A DNA stretch of 64,000 nucleotides from Octopus sinensis (lineage: Eukaryota): the NCBI RefSeq assembly GCF_006345805.1, contig NC_043013.1, forward strand, positions 51,150,001 to 51,214,000, written 5' to 3'. A program made the translations under genes and the position numbers. Each line of letters begins with the position of its first letter. Position 1 is the stretch's first letter. Below are positions 11,567 to 24,584 of the stretch, piece by piece. Under the pieces are notes generated by a model, which was not told the origin of the DNA, ran no database searches, and worked only from the letters and a program-made list of their open reading frames with translations.

Positions 11567-11750
11567 ATGACAGATCTATAGGGCTTTCAAAGAGCTCAAA
11601 TTGCTGGTACTCGTATGGCAGGCGCTAGCATAACGAAAACAGATAAAATGTTTAGTGTAACAAGAAGTACTCTCTCGAAAGTGATGTCCGCCTTTGACAA
11701 AGAGGGAAAAGCCTCCTCGTCGAAACAAAACTCGTAAGCAAAATTATGTG
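11567..11750 (+). mobile_element. Tc1-like transposase N-terminal remnant
   Basis: Translates MTDL*GFQRAQIAGTRMAGASITKTDKMFSVTRSTLSKVMSAF..GKASSSKQNS, resembling the Tc1 helix-turn-helix region. Confidence 0.75.
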
Positions 11751-12992
11751 GAATGTAGATGTAGGTTTGAATCTGAAGGCAGAAGTATTTATATTGTGTA
11801 TACCGTGAATTTCGTAAAGCGTAGAATCGCAAACCATGAATCTATATTTAAGAATAAGATTAAATTAAAAATTATAGCAGTCTAAGCAAATTCATTTGGA
11901 AGCTAAAAGATAAGGAATATAAATTTAAGTAGGAAATTATTAGTCATGTTAACTCCTGTATTATTGGTAAATAATGTGTAGACGAAATCTATCAAATCTT
12001 GACTTTGATACTTAAACTAATTACGTATTTCATTTATAAATTTGCAATTAGCATTGAGTAAAATTGAAAACAATTGTTAGTATTTTTAATTAACTATATG
12101 TTTATAAATGTATACGTATATCCACTTTCTTCTTGTTTATCATATTCTACATTTTAATATACACATTTATATCGATGTGATATTTATCGTAGATATAGGC
12201 TATTAAACCATAACTAGGAGGATTTCATCCCTATAAGAGGATTTCTCCATCCATCTTTCGCTCTATTCTCCTCTGTCTATCTCTGCTTTCTTCGTTCTGG
12301 TGACGTCTACCAATTGCAACGAGGTAATTACATATTTATGGTACACAGAAAGAGCTGTAAACTCACTCTTACCTCACTTTACTTAAGCACCACAGACACA
12401 CTTCTATTTGTTGTTTTTCCTCCATTTTCTTATCGTCTATATATACACCTTAATCTACGGTTTACCTCTTAAATTACCTGTTGCTGTATACCTTATACCA
12501 AGGACCATACTTACTGAGGTAATTACCGGGAGTGCCTCTGAATACTTCTATCCCTTAGAGAGCTTAACACCTCTAACTTATATCTTACACACACACACAC
12601 ACACACACATGTATATGATTTTTAAAAAACGTTTAGTAAATAAACATAAGGACATATATATTTCTGAGTGTGTGACTTTGTGCTCTGTTCCAAAGTCTGC
12701 GCTCTCTTTCCCACAGCTTTATTTTGACCGAAATATTGTCATTGAATTCGGTGTAAGTTTGCCAGAAAATCTCAATCTTTATCCCAGTAACATACTAGAA
12801 TTGTTTGGAGATTGTGGTAAGTGTATACTTGCTAGTGTAATACTCGCAAGTAGATACCTTATGAGATTCGTGTATGCGTATGTGAAGATTACGGAAGTTT
12901 GAAATAAACAAATATAAATCTAGAATATACTCGTTTAAAAAATTGTGTAGATCTAGGTTATGTTAAACCATTTGGATGGAGGCATACGTAAT

Positions 12993-13051
<59 letters not shown>

Positions 13052-13204
13052 TTATTAAATGTGGTACATCTAGATAGTTGCGTCGGCTACTCGTTTGTTA
13101 ATCCGGTGTTGAAAGAGAGGAGTTTAGATGAAACGTTGCTCTACGTAAATGCCAATTTAAACAAGAGCACTATCAGGTGTCTTCAGCGAGCAAGGAATAC
13201 GTAC

Positions 13205-13248
13205 CGTGCACTTTTGAGTTCAGTTGAATGCTTCCTGCGATATCAGGA
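13205..13248 (-). CDS. Candidate 44-nt internal exon PDIAGSIQLNSKVH (phase 2 to 1)
   Basis: TTTTTCAG acceptor and G|GTACGT donor; only one of the three frames is open. Confidence 0.25.
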
Positions 13249-13468
13249 CTGAAAAAGTACCTCCAAAGCTCTCTACTAACAAATGTATTAGAAATATCTA
13301 GACACACGTGCAGGCGCACACACACGCTGACACACATACACATATAAACGATCACATATACTCATAATTATATATGCATATACAGTGTTGAACAGACCGG
13401 CACATACAAACACACACACACACACATATATATATAGGAATGACTCATAGGCGTAGAGGTGGCTTATA

Positions 13469-13855
13469 GGTGCAGGGGTGACTGTGTTGTAAGTAGCTTG
13501 CTTACCAACCACATGGCTCCGGGTTCAGTCCCACTGCATGGCACCTTGGGCAAATGTCTTCTACTATAGCCACGGCCCGATCAAAGCCTTGTCAGTGGAT
13601 TTGGTAGACGGAAACTGAAAGAAGCCCGTCGTATATATAACTGTGTGTGTGGATGCATGTTTGTGTTTGTCACCCACCATCGCTTGTCAACCGATGCTGG
13701 TGTGTCTACGTCACAGTAACTTAGCGGTTCGGCAAAAGTGACCGGTGGAATAAGTACTAGGCTCACAAAGAATAAGTCCTGGGGTCGATTTGTTCGACTA
13801 AAGGCGCTGCTGAAGCACGACTGCAGTCAAATGTCTAAAACACGCCAAAGAATAA
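13469..13855 (+). mobile_element. SINE family A, diverged
   Basis: Full head-core-tail match; preceded by a short duplicate of the head at 13450-13464. Confidence 0.9.
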
Positions 13856-14546
13856 AAAATTTATATATATATAATATATATATATATGTATGTATATATA
13901 TATATATGTATGTATATATGTATGTGTGGGTTACTAGGTGTGCGAATGTGTGCTTGCGTGCATCAATATGTATATGAGTGAGTGTACGTTTATGCGTATA
14001 TGCATTTACTCTCACTCTCTGTATGTATGTATGTATATATATATATACGTACACCTCCATCCAAACCTACATAAATAAATTGATACGTAGCTGATACGAC
14101 TTAAATTCAATTAAACTTATTGCTTTTTTCCCCCGCAATACCCAGAAGACAAACCAAACACAGACCGCATTGTCTCAAGGGAGACATTTAAAAAATATAT
14201 ACTTTTGTTTCTTCTAAACAAAATATTATGAACGCAGCCAAATTCTTTGTACTCAATATTGGAACACTTTTCCTTTTGTATTTTACAATTTGTTTCTTTT
14301 ATTATCAATTCTTTTAGTCTATCTACGGTTCTTTTAGTTTTTGGATGAAATTTTCTTGAAGCATTTTTTTTTCTTGTCTGTGAACATAAAAGTATATTTT
14401 TTTTCCTCGTGCTTCTCTTTGTAAACTTCTCAATTTTCCGATACGCATTCCTGAATAATATTGCTTTCTCGTGTTCTTTCCTTTCTTTTCGTCTTTCGAG
14501 ATAATGTGACTTTGTCCTAGACTCCACCTAGTGTATATTTATTTGT

Positions 14547-14580
<34 letters not shown>

Positions 14581-14797
14581 ATGTGTATGTATATATGTGT
14601 ATATATGTGGTTTTGTAAACATATACATATATATTTTATTTATATGGATATATGTTTAAATATATATATATATATATAAATATGGATGTATGTTTATATA
14701 TGTATGTGTATATGTGCATGTGAATATATATATGTGTGAGTATACATACATATAAAATTACAGGGGAACAAGTATAAATAGGTACAAATATACATAT

Positions 14798-14837
<40 letters not shown>

Positions 14838-15302
14838 GTTATATTTGTATTTATACTTGTTCCCAGTGACTTTTTCAAAAATAAAAATATAAATCCGAAT
14901 TTATGTTCTGTCTTCCTTCGTTTTTCTAAATCTATATGCATATACACAAGCACACACAAACACATAGACACGCACACGCGTTTATACACACACATCCGGA
15001 TACACACACACACACATCCGGATACACACACACACGCGCGCATACAAATACATCTCCTTAAATTCGCTTAAATATTTCTTATATATTATTCGTAGTTCTT
15101 GCTATAAATTCCATGACATTTATATTATTATTTATCAAAAGATGATAAAATAGGGAACCGGCTGGAATGTCAGAAATCCTAAATTGTTTATACGCGAATA
15201 TTTCTGTGATTTGAAAAAAAGAAGATCGGCGGGTATGACTTAACATTTTATACATTGTCTAAAAAATATGAACAAAGCATAAGGTGAGGTGCATTAAACC
15301 AA

Positions 15303-15359
<57 letters not shown>

Positions 15360-15578
15360 TAATAAGGTAAAATTAATTAATAATTAATAATTCTACCAAG
15401 TATATTCGCATGTTAAAAGACCATTTTCGGTAAATATTTCTTATAATTATGAGTATAATTATAATTAGGGTTCAGTATATATATATACATGATATATAAT
15501 ATATATCATGTAAATATGTAGCTTTGTAGCAAGCGATAAATCATATATATCATACTATATTATATCATAATATATACA

Positions 15579-15617
<39 letters not shown>

Positions 15618-15632
15618 TTGCGCATATATACA

Positions 15633-15699
<67 letters not shown>

Positions 15700-15750
15700 T
15701 TGCGCATATATACATGCATATATATAATATATATATATATATATATAATA

Positions 15751-15784
<34 letters not shown>

Positions 15785-15812
15785 ATATATATATATATAT
15801 ACGTGTATATGT

Positions 15813-16100
15813 GGAGGCGCAATGGCCCAGCGGTTAGGGCAGCGGACTCGCGGTTTCGATTCCTAGACCGGACGTTGTGAGTGTTTATTGAGCAAAAACA
15901 CGTAAAAGCTCCACGATGCTCCGGCAGGGGGTGTTGATCCCTGCTGTACTCTTTCACCACTCTTTCTCTCACTCTATTGGCCTGCTCGCTTAGCCAGCGG
16001 GATGGCGTCATTCGAAGGCTAAAGCAATGCAAACGCATTGTGACCAGCGATGTGTAGCAACATCTGATGGTCTGGTCGGTCAAGTGATCAAGTGAAGTGA
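15813..16100 (+). mobile_element. SINE family C
   Basis: Matches the 8590-8865 copy, with a small deletion in the tRNA head. Confidence 0.9.
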
Positions 16101-16529
16101 TATATATATATATGCATATATATATATATAAAGATAAATTAAATATAGAGATATACTATTGACATTCAATAGTTTATTTATATTACAATATTACATTTAA
16201 TATTATGAATATTTAATATTGAACAAATGAGTTCAATAGGCAAAAAACGAGAGAAAAGATGGAAAACAGGACGATCCTTCATCAGTTGTCGGATGGCTAC
16301 CTGCTCCTCGTTTCCAGCATTGAACGACAATATGAGTCTTGGAAGACAGTTGCTCCCATAAGTACCAAAATTAAAATTCTGGATTTATGTAGGGTCAAAG
16401 TTGCGAACAGGACATTGGAGCATAAAAGGAAACAGAATGAAAACAAACATGGAGGATCGTTAGACCAGAACGAGGGTAAAATAGGCGAACGCTGGAGAAA
16501 TAGTTTCTTTGAAAAGAGAAAACATAGGG

Positions 16530-16549
16530 TATATATATTATATATATAT

Positions 16550-16583
<34 letters not shown>

Positions 16584-16654
16584 CATACATATACATATAT
16601 ATACATACATATATATACATATATATACATACATATATATATACATATATATAC

Positions 16655-16691
<37 letters not shown>

Positions 16692-16692
16692 C

Positions 16693-16740
<48 letters not shown>

Positions 16741-16747
16741 TACATAC

Positions 16748-16806
<59 letters not shown>

Positions 16807-17012
16807 CATATATATACATATATATACATATATATACATATATATACATATATATATATACATATACATATATATACATATATATATAAACATATATATA
16901 CATATATATATATACATATATACATATATATATATATATACATATATATACATATATATATATATACATATATATACATATACATATATATACATATATA
17001 TATATATATATT
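16530..17012. repeat. Compound (TA)n/(TACA)n microsatellite
   Basis: Direct reading. Confidence 0.97.
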
Positions 17013-17260
17013 ATATTAAAGATAAACCACTATTAGGCAAATCAAACAATGAAAAACATAAGCCAATACATAAAATTAATTTAAAAATATAAAAGTTAAA
17101 AATAAAAAATTATTTAAATAAATAATTAATTAATTAATAATTAATTATTTTACCCTTTGTTATTATATATATGTATGTATATATCAGTGCATTAGTATCA
17201 GCAGGAAAATCGTTGAATTTTACATATTATACACATTGAATTAATATGGCTCAGCAACAG

Positions 17261-17348
<88 letters not shown>

Positions 17349-17409
17349 TGTGTGTGTGTGTATGTATATATGTATATGTGTGTATACGTGCGTGTGTATG
17401 TGTGTGTAT

Positions 17410-17502
17410 GAAGACGCTTGCTCAAGGTGCCACGCAGTGGGACCGAACCCGGAACCATGTGGTTGGTAAGCAAGCCACTTACCACACAGCCACTCCTGCG
17501 TC
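17410..17502 (-). mobile_element. SINE family A head fragment
   Basis: Only the tRNA-derived head and the start of the core are present. Confidence 0.88.
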
Positions 17503-17849
17503 TATTTATACGTTTAACGTGTCGGAGATTGATAACTCATGCTGGAATGTATTTGTTCCTAGCAGCACACTTTGGGATGTATCTACTTTTGGAAGATGTT
17601 GAAATCTCCCTTTAATTGCATTAGTTTTTGTGTTGTTGCAGATGACAATTACAATAAACCAAATCACTCGGAACTACACAATAATTTGTGCTAAATCTTT
17701 CTCGTAAAATAGTATAATTCAATGGCAGCACAACAACCGAACATACACTGCTACTCTTCTCGTAAGTTTCGAGAAATAGAGTAGCAGACTTCGTGTGTTG
17801 AGGATTATATCAAATTTATTACATACCAGTGTCGTCTGCAAAGCTACAT

Positions 17850-18580
17850 TAATAAAATCCTTTTAGCATTAAAACAGAAATAAAATCATATTGATGAAGG
17901 TTTCTAAGCATTAAAACCTCATGAAAATATTCTGATGAAGGTATTTGCGTCTTAAAGCACGCATAAAAATACAGCGATGAAGATCTCAAATTGTACACCT
18001 CAAATTACCATACATCGAAGGAAATCTTTTATCTTTAAAACCGAAATAAATCTCATTGATGAAGACATCTAAGCCATAAAACTCTCACAAGTATGGTGAA
18101 AATAATGTCGTTGAACCCTAAAACTTTCATAATAAACAGCCTTGAAGTTCTCAAATAGTTATAACCACATTGTAACACACATCGAAGAAGGTCACTTATC
18201 TTTAAAAGACTCAAATAAAAAGACATTGATGACGTAACGTTTTGACCCTAGATAAAAACTAAGGAATGAAATCATGGTCTTTGATTTTTATAAGACTGAA
18301 ATATAGCCACGTTAATGAAGGAGTTTAAACCCTGAAACCCTCATAAAAACACCTCGATAAAAGCTTTTAATACTCATAAACTTACGAACATTAAACGTTT
18401 CTAATTATTGTACCTCATATTTTAATATATTAAAAAAGGGTTTTTGAAGTCTCAAATAGAAATACATTGCTCACATAATAACAAGAGCCTTTGTATTTTG
18501 TTTTCTTCAATACTTAAATGAAAAACCAATAATGAAGGACTCATATCTTTAAACCTCAATGATATTTCATTGGTTAAGAA
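17850..18580. repeat. Degenerate minisatellite, about 41-42-bp unit
   Basis: A (T/C)GATGAAG-like core recurs at about 17892, 17933, 17975, 18016, 18057, 18094, 18140, 18183, 18227, 18264, 18313 and 18355. Confidence 0.75.
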
Positions 18581-18858
18581 TCTAAAAAAATCTAAAAAAA
18601 AGAAAAAATTGTTTGGCAATTAAGTAAAATCTTAAATCCTTGTTTGTATGTTGCGAATTACTAAGAAACTGGAATATCCCACATTGAAATGTAAAGCAGC
18701 GTATCATCTCTAATAACATGAGTTCCGCTCTAAGAGTGACCCACCATCATATCTTAGATTTCGGGATAAACTCTTGACAGAGAAATATCTCCGTTGAGGC
18801 TTGCGTTTAATTCTTAATTGATAAACGCCCTAAATTAAAAACTTGTAGTTATTTTATA

Positions 18859-19257
18859 GGCGCAGGAGTGGCTGTGTGGTAAGAAGCTTGCTTACCAACC
18901 ACATGGTTCCGGGTTCATTCCCGCTGCGTGGCACCTTGGGCAAGTGTCTTCTACTCTAGCCTCGATTCGACCAAAGCCCTGTGAGTGGATTTGGTAGACG
19001 GAAACTGGAAGAAGCCCGTCGTATTTATGTATGTGTGTATATGCTTGTGTGTTTGTGTTTGTCCCCCCACCATTGCTTGACAACCGATGGTGGTGTGTTT
19101 AAGTCCCCGTAACTTAGCGGTTCGGCAAAAGAGACTGATAGAATAAGTACTAGGCTCCTAAAGAATAGGTCCTGGGGTCGATTTACTCGACTAAAAGGCG
19201 GTGCTCCAGCATGACCGCAGTCAAATGACTGAAACAAGTAAAAGAGTAAAAGAGTAA
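18859..19257 (+). mobile_element. SINE family A, full length
   Basis: Head GGCGCAGGAGTGGC through tail (AAAAGAGT)n. Confidence 0.95.
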
Positions 19258-19299
19258 GGAGCTGTTGAGATAAAGTGTATTTTAGAGAACTGATATATA

Positions 19300-19665
19300 A
19301 CCTAGTATCTTCGCTTCCTCTTGCGCCCTTGAACCCATTGGGCAACAAGATGATGCCCCTGGATGCTGATGGTTGCAGTTTTTTCCACATTCGCCATGCA
19401 ATATTGCCTTTTTTCATGTCCGCTATGAATGGTCTGTGCCATGTAGTTTTCTGTCTTCCTGCCTTTCATTTTCTTATCCCGTAGTGTCCATTTTAAAGCA
19501 GATTTCATATTTAGAATGGCGTTGTTCTGGTAGCAGAAACAAGTGACCCAGTGTTAATATTCGTTCTGTGATGATATCGCTGAGTGATCTCTTATTGGCT
19601 CTCTTCAAAATGTAATTAGGATTGTGTATTAAAATCACTATAACTCCATCTATTTGTCTCATGTG
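19300..19665 (-). mobile_element. RTE/RTE-X LINE 3' remnant
   Basis: LSDIITERILTLGHL...KSALKWT...GRK resembles the RTE C-terminal domain. Confidence 0.6.
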
Positions 19666-20534
19666 TTGGTGTTCTGCATCGCTCTCTCATATTTATTCCA
19701 TTTATGCATATTCAAACAAGGCAGACAAAGTATAGCAGTGTTTAGTTATTCTCCAATAGAGAGACACGACCCTCATAATACAATCATATAATCCATTAAA
19801 CTCTGGATAATCTACTTGGCATTAATGATGCGTTTTAATATCATACATCAATGATCGTACAGGGTAATCATAACTACGGTATGCCTTTTGAAATGTTGGT
19901 GTTTGATCATTGTTTCAATATGCGGTATCTGTTGTTTATCATCATTGAAATATTTATTCAAAGAGAATTTCTTATGATCATGCGCTGCTGTATTTCCCTC
20001 TAAACATCTATGCAGTTTTAACCGATTTATCAAGGATTTCGTTTGCCAAATAGCTTTGCAAACATATAGACACATTATGGTTTTTATCAGTCGGCTGGAA
20101 CGAAAATACAGAAATCAGAGAAGGAATATGAAAGGATAAACAAACATACAAGATGGGTGGAGAAAAATATAGGGAAAGAAATAATGAGATGGTGAGGGTG
20201 AGAAAGAGAGAGAGAGGGAGAGAGAAAGACAAAGACAAAGAAAGAAAGAAAGGATACCAAAAAGGATCAAGGCAAACAATGAGGAAGAAAAGCGCTGTTT
20301 GAAGCAACAAAATGTAACCCGAAGCAAGGATCGCAGAAAATTGCTGCCACCATTTTCGCTGAAAATGAAAGGAAAAACTGTTTGCTATTGTTCTGCTTCT
20401 TCAATGGTTAACAAGGGTTAGGAAATTTCAAGTAATTTTATTTGCTTTTTCATATTTTGTTTTCGGTAATTCGGATATATTTGGGGTCAAATATCGTAAC
20501 ATGTATAACAGAATATATATATATATATATATTC

Positions 20535-21358
20535 ATATTCATTCATTTGGTTCTCATTGTGCCCTGTGGCACTTGATGCGACAGCAAGAACATTCCACCT
20601 TCTAACACTAAGAGCGTCCTTGACAGCGTGTTCCATTGTTAACCCTTTGCTTTTAAGATCTTTTGTTATTGTTCTCCGCCGCGTTTCCTTTGGCCGAGCA
20701 CGTCTTCTTTTTACCTTGTGGAACCCATTGCAAAGCGATCCTGACAATTGAGTTCAGTTTATAGCGACAAACTCGATCCGGCCATTTCCATCTCCTTGCT
20801 TCAATAATTTCTCTTATTAGTTTCACGTTAACCTTGGTGTGTAGTTGGCTATTCGAGATCATATTCGGCCAGTAGACCTTCAAAATTTTACGTGACCATT
20901 TATTTTGAAACACCTCCAATTTGTTTTCAATACTTTTGGTTGTTTTCCAAAATTCCGATCCATAGAGAAGGAAGCTAAGTATGTTTTTTTCTAAAATCAC
21001 ATTTTGGTATTTTTTCCTGAGTATTAATGATTTCCATATTCAGTTTAGCAGACTGAATAATTGGATGGTTTTGCTGATTCTTGTGTTTATTTCATGAATG
21101 CAGTCGCTATCCATTGTTATTTTGGTACCTCGAGAGTTAAATTCTTCAACATTTGCGATTGGTTTGTCGTTCAAAGTTACATCGTCAGCATCCGTTATAT
21201 ATTTGTGGCGGTGTAGTAAGTAGCTTGCTTACCAACCACATGGTTTCGGGTTCATTCCCACTGCGTGACATCTTGGGCGAGTGTCTTCTACTATAGCCTC
21301 GGGCCGACCAAAGCCTTCTGGGTAGATTTGGTAGACGGAAACTGGAAGAAGCCCGTCG

Positions 21359-21389
<31 letters not shown>

Positions 21390-22005
21390 ATGTGTTTGTG
21401 TTTGTTCGCCAGCATCGCTTGACAACCGATGGTGGTGTGCTTACGTCCCGTAACTTAGCGGTTCGGCAAAAGAGACCGATAGAATAAGTACTAGGCTTCC
21501 AAAGAACAAGTCCTGGGGTGGATTTGCTCTCGACTAAAGGCGGTGCTCAAGCATGGCCACAGTCAAATGACTGAAACGAGTAAAAGAGTAAAGAGTATAC
21601 GTTTTCTTCTCATTGATCTTGAGACCTATGGTGTTGGTTATTTGACAAAGTCTTTCAGATTTGTCTTGTAACTCTTGAGGCGTGTATGAGAACAAATAAG
21701 TGTCGTCTGCACAATCTAAATCTTTTAGTTGAGTTGTGTTCCATTCTATACCTCGTTTATATTCTTCTGTCGTACTTTACATCAAGCAATTCACTGCCAA
21801 TGAAAATAAGATTGGTGATAGCACGCACCCCTGTTTGACTCCAGTTTTGATTTCGAGCTGATCTGTCAGTTTGTTGTGTGTAACTTCACATTTGAAGTTT
21901 TCATACAATAAACGAACAATCTTCACTAATTTGTGTGGGAGACCATAATGGCTGAGAACCTTCCAAAGTGTATCACGGTGAAGGCTATCAAAAGCTATTT
22001 CGATA
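20535..22005 (-). mobile_element. RTE-clade LINE reverse transcriptase remnant, interrupted by a SINE
   Basis: AFDSLHRDTLWKVL, GVKQGCVLSPILF, LDCADD, LLYGSEFW and LEVFQNKWSRKILKVYWP are RT and C-terminal motifs; frameshifted. Confidence 0.9.
21205..21596 (+). mobile_element. SINE family A nested in the RTE LINE
   Basis: Family A match; LINE sequence continues on both sides. Confidence 0.9.
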
Positions 22006-22019
22006 TTATATGTATTATG

Positions 22020-22230
22020 TATTTGTGTGTCTGTGTTTGTCCCCTCACCATCGCTTGACAAACGATGTTGGTGTGTTTATGTGCCCGTAACATAACGGTT
22101 CAGTAAAAGAGAACGATAGAATAAATAATAGGCTTACAAAGAATAAGTCCTGGGGTCGATTTGTTCGACTAAAGGCAGTGCTCCAGCATGGCCGCAGTCA
22201 AATAACTGAAACAAGTAAAATAATAAGAAT
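22020..22230 (+). mobile_element. SINE family A 3' half
   Basis: Match from GTGTCTGTGTTTGTCCCC to the tail. Confidence 0.88.
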
Positions 22231-22834
22231 ATGCATATACACACATATATACGCAAGCACATACACGCACACGTATATACGTAGATACATATATACACTT
22301 AGATACATACGTATGTGTGCAGGCGTGTGAATGCATACACATCTAGACATATTAATGGCGAGTTAGCGGTAGTGGCGATCAATATCTCATGGTGAAGTGT
22401 GTAAATATTCTTTTAATAGAAATCAACAAATTTGCACCATACATTTCTTGAGAATGTATTGGCAATTATTGGCTCGGAGTTTGGATAATGAGTGACAACT
22501 CTGGCAGGGCTTTCGTAGGCTTACGGATAGCGCAAGATCTTATGAACCATGAACTAGTAGTAAAGAAAAAGGTATTTATTTAAGGACTATTGGTTTTTAC
22601 TCGTCTGGCTGGTCATGGCCACTGTGGTTGTTTTAGAAATACTTTTGTCTCACTGTTACGAAGAAAATATCTGAATTAATTTGCCAATTGTGGAGTTATC
22701 GTATATTTTCAACTATCGCTTAAATAACTGCAAATATATTCGCATGAAACCTATGGCATGAGGCTGCTAAGTTCTATTAGAAGTATAGAACACTCCTCAC
22801 ATACACAATCACACACACGCACCCACACATAGTT

Positions 22835-23035
22835 TTCGCACAAGGCCCGAAATTTTGGGGTAGAGGACCAGTCGATTAGATCGACCACAGTGCACAACTG
22901 GTACTTAATTTATCGACCCCGAAACGATGAAAGGCAAAGTCGACCTCGACGGAGTTTGAACTCAGAACGTAAAGACAGACGAAATGCTGTTAAAGATTTC
23001 GTCCGTCGTGCAAACGTTTCTGCCAGCTCGCCTCC
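22835..23035 (-). mobile_element. SINE family B (tRNA-derived, Meta/MESC-like core)
   Basis: Head GGCGAGCTGGCAGAAACGTT, B box GAGTTCAAA, core GACTTTGCCTTTCATC...GGGGTCGATAAA. Confidence 0.9.
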
Positions 23036-23084
23036 TTCGCGCACCCACACATACACCACACGCACATACACAAACACACAGAGA

Positions 23085-23235
23085 TATATGTGGTAACAAG
23101 TTTGCTTTCTAACTACATGGTTCCGAGTTCAGTTTCACTGCGTGGCATCATAGAGAAGTGTTTTCTAGTATAGCCTAGGGCCGACCAAATGCTTGTGAGT
23201 GGATATGGTAGAGAGAAACTGTAGGAAACCCGTAT
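23085..23235 (+). mobile_element. SINE family A 5' half, diverged
   Basis: Similarity to the family A head and core. Confidence 0.8.
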
Positions 23236-23717
23236 ACTTATTTCATAGTCCCGTTTGTCTATATTCATATTGTATCGATTTAAACTTCACTTACATCTTT
23301 TCAAAATTATATAAATAATTAAACAAAAGGAAACAAAATAACACAAATACCAGTAATTATACTGGGAATACTAGAATCAAACACCGACTGATTTATTCTG
23401 AAAATAAAAAGAAACAAAAATATTTGTGATATTGTGTGTAGAACGCAAATATTAATTCATCCTTTCTTTCACTCAGTCTGTTTCAGATTGATTTCTAATT
23501 GAAGGCGAAATACAAAAGAAAGGCTCGAATATCTTTCCTCTCGGGTACGAATAACATAACTAAAGAGAAATAGATTTTTATTATACTAAGGCTGGTTCAA
23601 ATTACAAATCACTTATACAGGTTCAAACAACACACACATTCACACACACAAACACACACGCACTCGGCGTATCTAGATGCATATACACATACAACTACAC
23701 ATACACACATATATTTA

Positions 23718-24118
23718 TATTCTTTTGATCTTTTACTTATTTCAGTCATTTGACTGCGACCATGCTGGAGCACCACCTTTAGACGAATAAATCGACCCCA
23801 GGACTTATTCTTTGTAAGCCTAGTACTTATTCTAATGCTTTCTTTAGTCGAGCCGATAAGTGACGGGGACGTAAAGACACCATCATCGATTGCCAAGAAA
23901 CACACACACACACACATACGCACGCACACACACATACGCACGCACACACACACACACATGCAAACACACACACATACTAAATCCACTCACAAAGCTTTAG
24001 TCGGCCCGAGGCTATAGTAGAAGACGCTTGCCCAAGGTGCCACGCAGTGGGACTGAACCCGGAACCATGAGGTTGAGAAGCGAGCTTCTTCCTCGTACCT
24101 CACAGACACACCTGCGCC
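23718..24118 (-). mobile_element. SINE family A
   Basis: Head and tail match; expanded internal CA repeat. Confidence 0.9.
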
Positions 24119-24464
24119 TGTATACAGGGAAATGAAAATTAAAAATTAAAAACCAAAAATTACTAAACAACAAAAGTCAAAAGGACGTACATATGGAATG
24201 CTTTAGCTTGACGCCAAAAGGAGAAAGCAAAGGTCCGGAGAAGGAAAAAGTCCAAGGACATGTGTGTGTATATATATATATAAGTAAAATATATATAAAC
24301 TGGGACAAGAACGGGAAACATTTAGAAGACGACACAAAAAGACACAGACGGGACATTCGAAGCCCTCAGTCATCAGTCAAGAACCAGATCATCTTCGCAA
24401 TTTCGGCTGGTATAAATATATATATGTGTGTGCGTGTATTAATATAATTATACACATACATGCG

Positions 24465-24520
<56 letters not shown>

Positions 24521-24584
24521 CGTGTGTGTATGTGTGTGTGTATTTGTGCGTATAATTATATATACATGCATATGTATGTATGTA

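Noticed and set aside
14117-14527. 136-aa Lys/Arg-rich ORF
   Set aside because: A-rich strand bias makes long open frames likely; no recognisable motif or splice support. Possibly a retroelement remnant.
15813-15870. tRNA-Arg-like gene (also at 8790-8865 and 60222-60295)
   Set aside because: No complete cloverleaf; it continues directly into a SINE body.
17850-18580. CRISPR-like repeat/spacer appearance
   Set aside because: The conserved core is only about 8 nt, the intervening parts are homologous to each other, there are no cas genes, and the context is eukaryotic.
24290-24412. Minus-strand CTGATGA in a (TA)-flanked repeat (also at 16278 and 54990)
   Set aside because: No correctly placed GAAA or stems, so a hammerhead cannot be folded.
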